Origin: Candidatus Bipolaricaulia bacterium
Lineage (GTDB): Bacteria; Bipolaricaulota; Bipolaricaulia; RBG-16-55-9
Length of the DNA stretch: 13,846 nucleotides
NCBI GenBank assembly: GCA_042219045.1
Contig: JBDGQO010000081.1
Location: 1-13,846 of the forward strand
Reading direction: 5' to 3'
Part shown: in pieces, positions 13,666 to 13,846 of the stretch
Numbering within the stretch: the stretch's first letter is position 1
Layout: each line of letters starts with the position of its first letter
Translations under genes and position numbers: made by a program
The notes under the pieces: generated by a model
Database searches by the model: none
What the model was told of the DNA's origin: nothing
The model's input: the letters and a program-made list of their open reading frames with translations, nothing else

Positions 13666-13846
13666 CTCGTCAGGTTCATTTTCTCGATCAACTTTTGGAA
13701 GCGCGGGTCGTCGCGCACGGGATCGAATGCCGGATCCCACTTGATGCTGCCCATTGTCCAGTCGTGTCGGGTGTAGCCAACGTTGAGCCATTCAAACCCT
13801 TTGTCGGTCTCCCCGAGTTGGAAGTAGATCTCGGCGACGATGGAGG
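13635..13846 (-). CDS. 3' end of a TPR-containing protein (C-terminal cap typical of TolB-like/TPR signalling proteins), partial
   Basis: Open frame from the window edge to TGA 13637-13635: SIVAEIYFQLGETDKGFEWLNVGYTRHDWTMGSIKWDPAFDPVRDDPRFQKLIEKMNLTSQPFSPSASE. This matches the AFEWL..AY...DP.FD.LR.DPRF..L..M tail pattern. It is absent from the ORF track because its start is outside the window. Confidence 0.78.
   Translation of the reverse strand, partial: SIVAEIYFQLGETDKGFEWLNVGYTRHDWTMGSIKWDPAFDPVRDDPRFQKLIEKMNLTSQPFSPSASE

Noticed and set aside
1..13846. CRISPR array, tRNA/rRNA, IS element or prophage
   Set aside because: No spaced direct repeats, RNA gene signatures, terminal inverted repeats, or transposase/integrase ORFs seen; the window is almost fully coding.

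Overview
GC-rich bacterial DNA (clear sigma70-type promoters and GGAGG Shine-Dalgarno sites) with noticeably acidic proteins, which may indicate a halophile. From left to right: (1) a small c-di-GMP-related locus with a ribbon-helix-helix (RHH) plus tandem MshEN-motif protein, a DUF5317-like membrane protein and a decayed HD-GYP phosphodiesterase pseudogene; (2) a bdbD-bdbC disulfide-formation operon with a coupled Gly/Ala-rich membrane protein; (3) on the minus strand, a tightly coupled operon of an archaeal-type DUF4443-like winged-helix regulator, btuF/C/D-like ABC importer, Dph6/DUF71-like ATPase, signal-less BtuF-like protein, pduO and coaD, followed by a separately promoted rhodanese (SseA-type) and IscU/SufU-like pair; (4) P5C dehydrogenase pruA; (5) a divergent 2Fe-2S ferredoxin-class III nucleotide cyclase and the 3' end of a convergent TPR protein missed by the ORF track. 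The best candidates for undescribed biology are the RHH-MshEN putative c-di-GMP-responsive transcription factor and a corrinoid salvage operon with no visible riboswitch, headed by a DUF4443-like regulator with palindromic operator candidates over its promoter. Family assignments come from motif recognition by eye; no database search was run.
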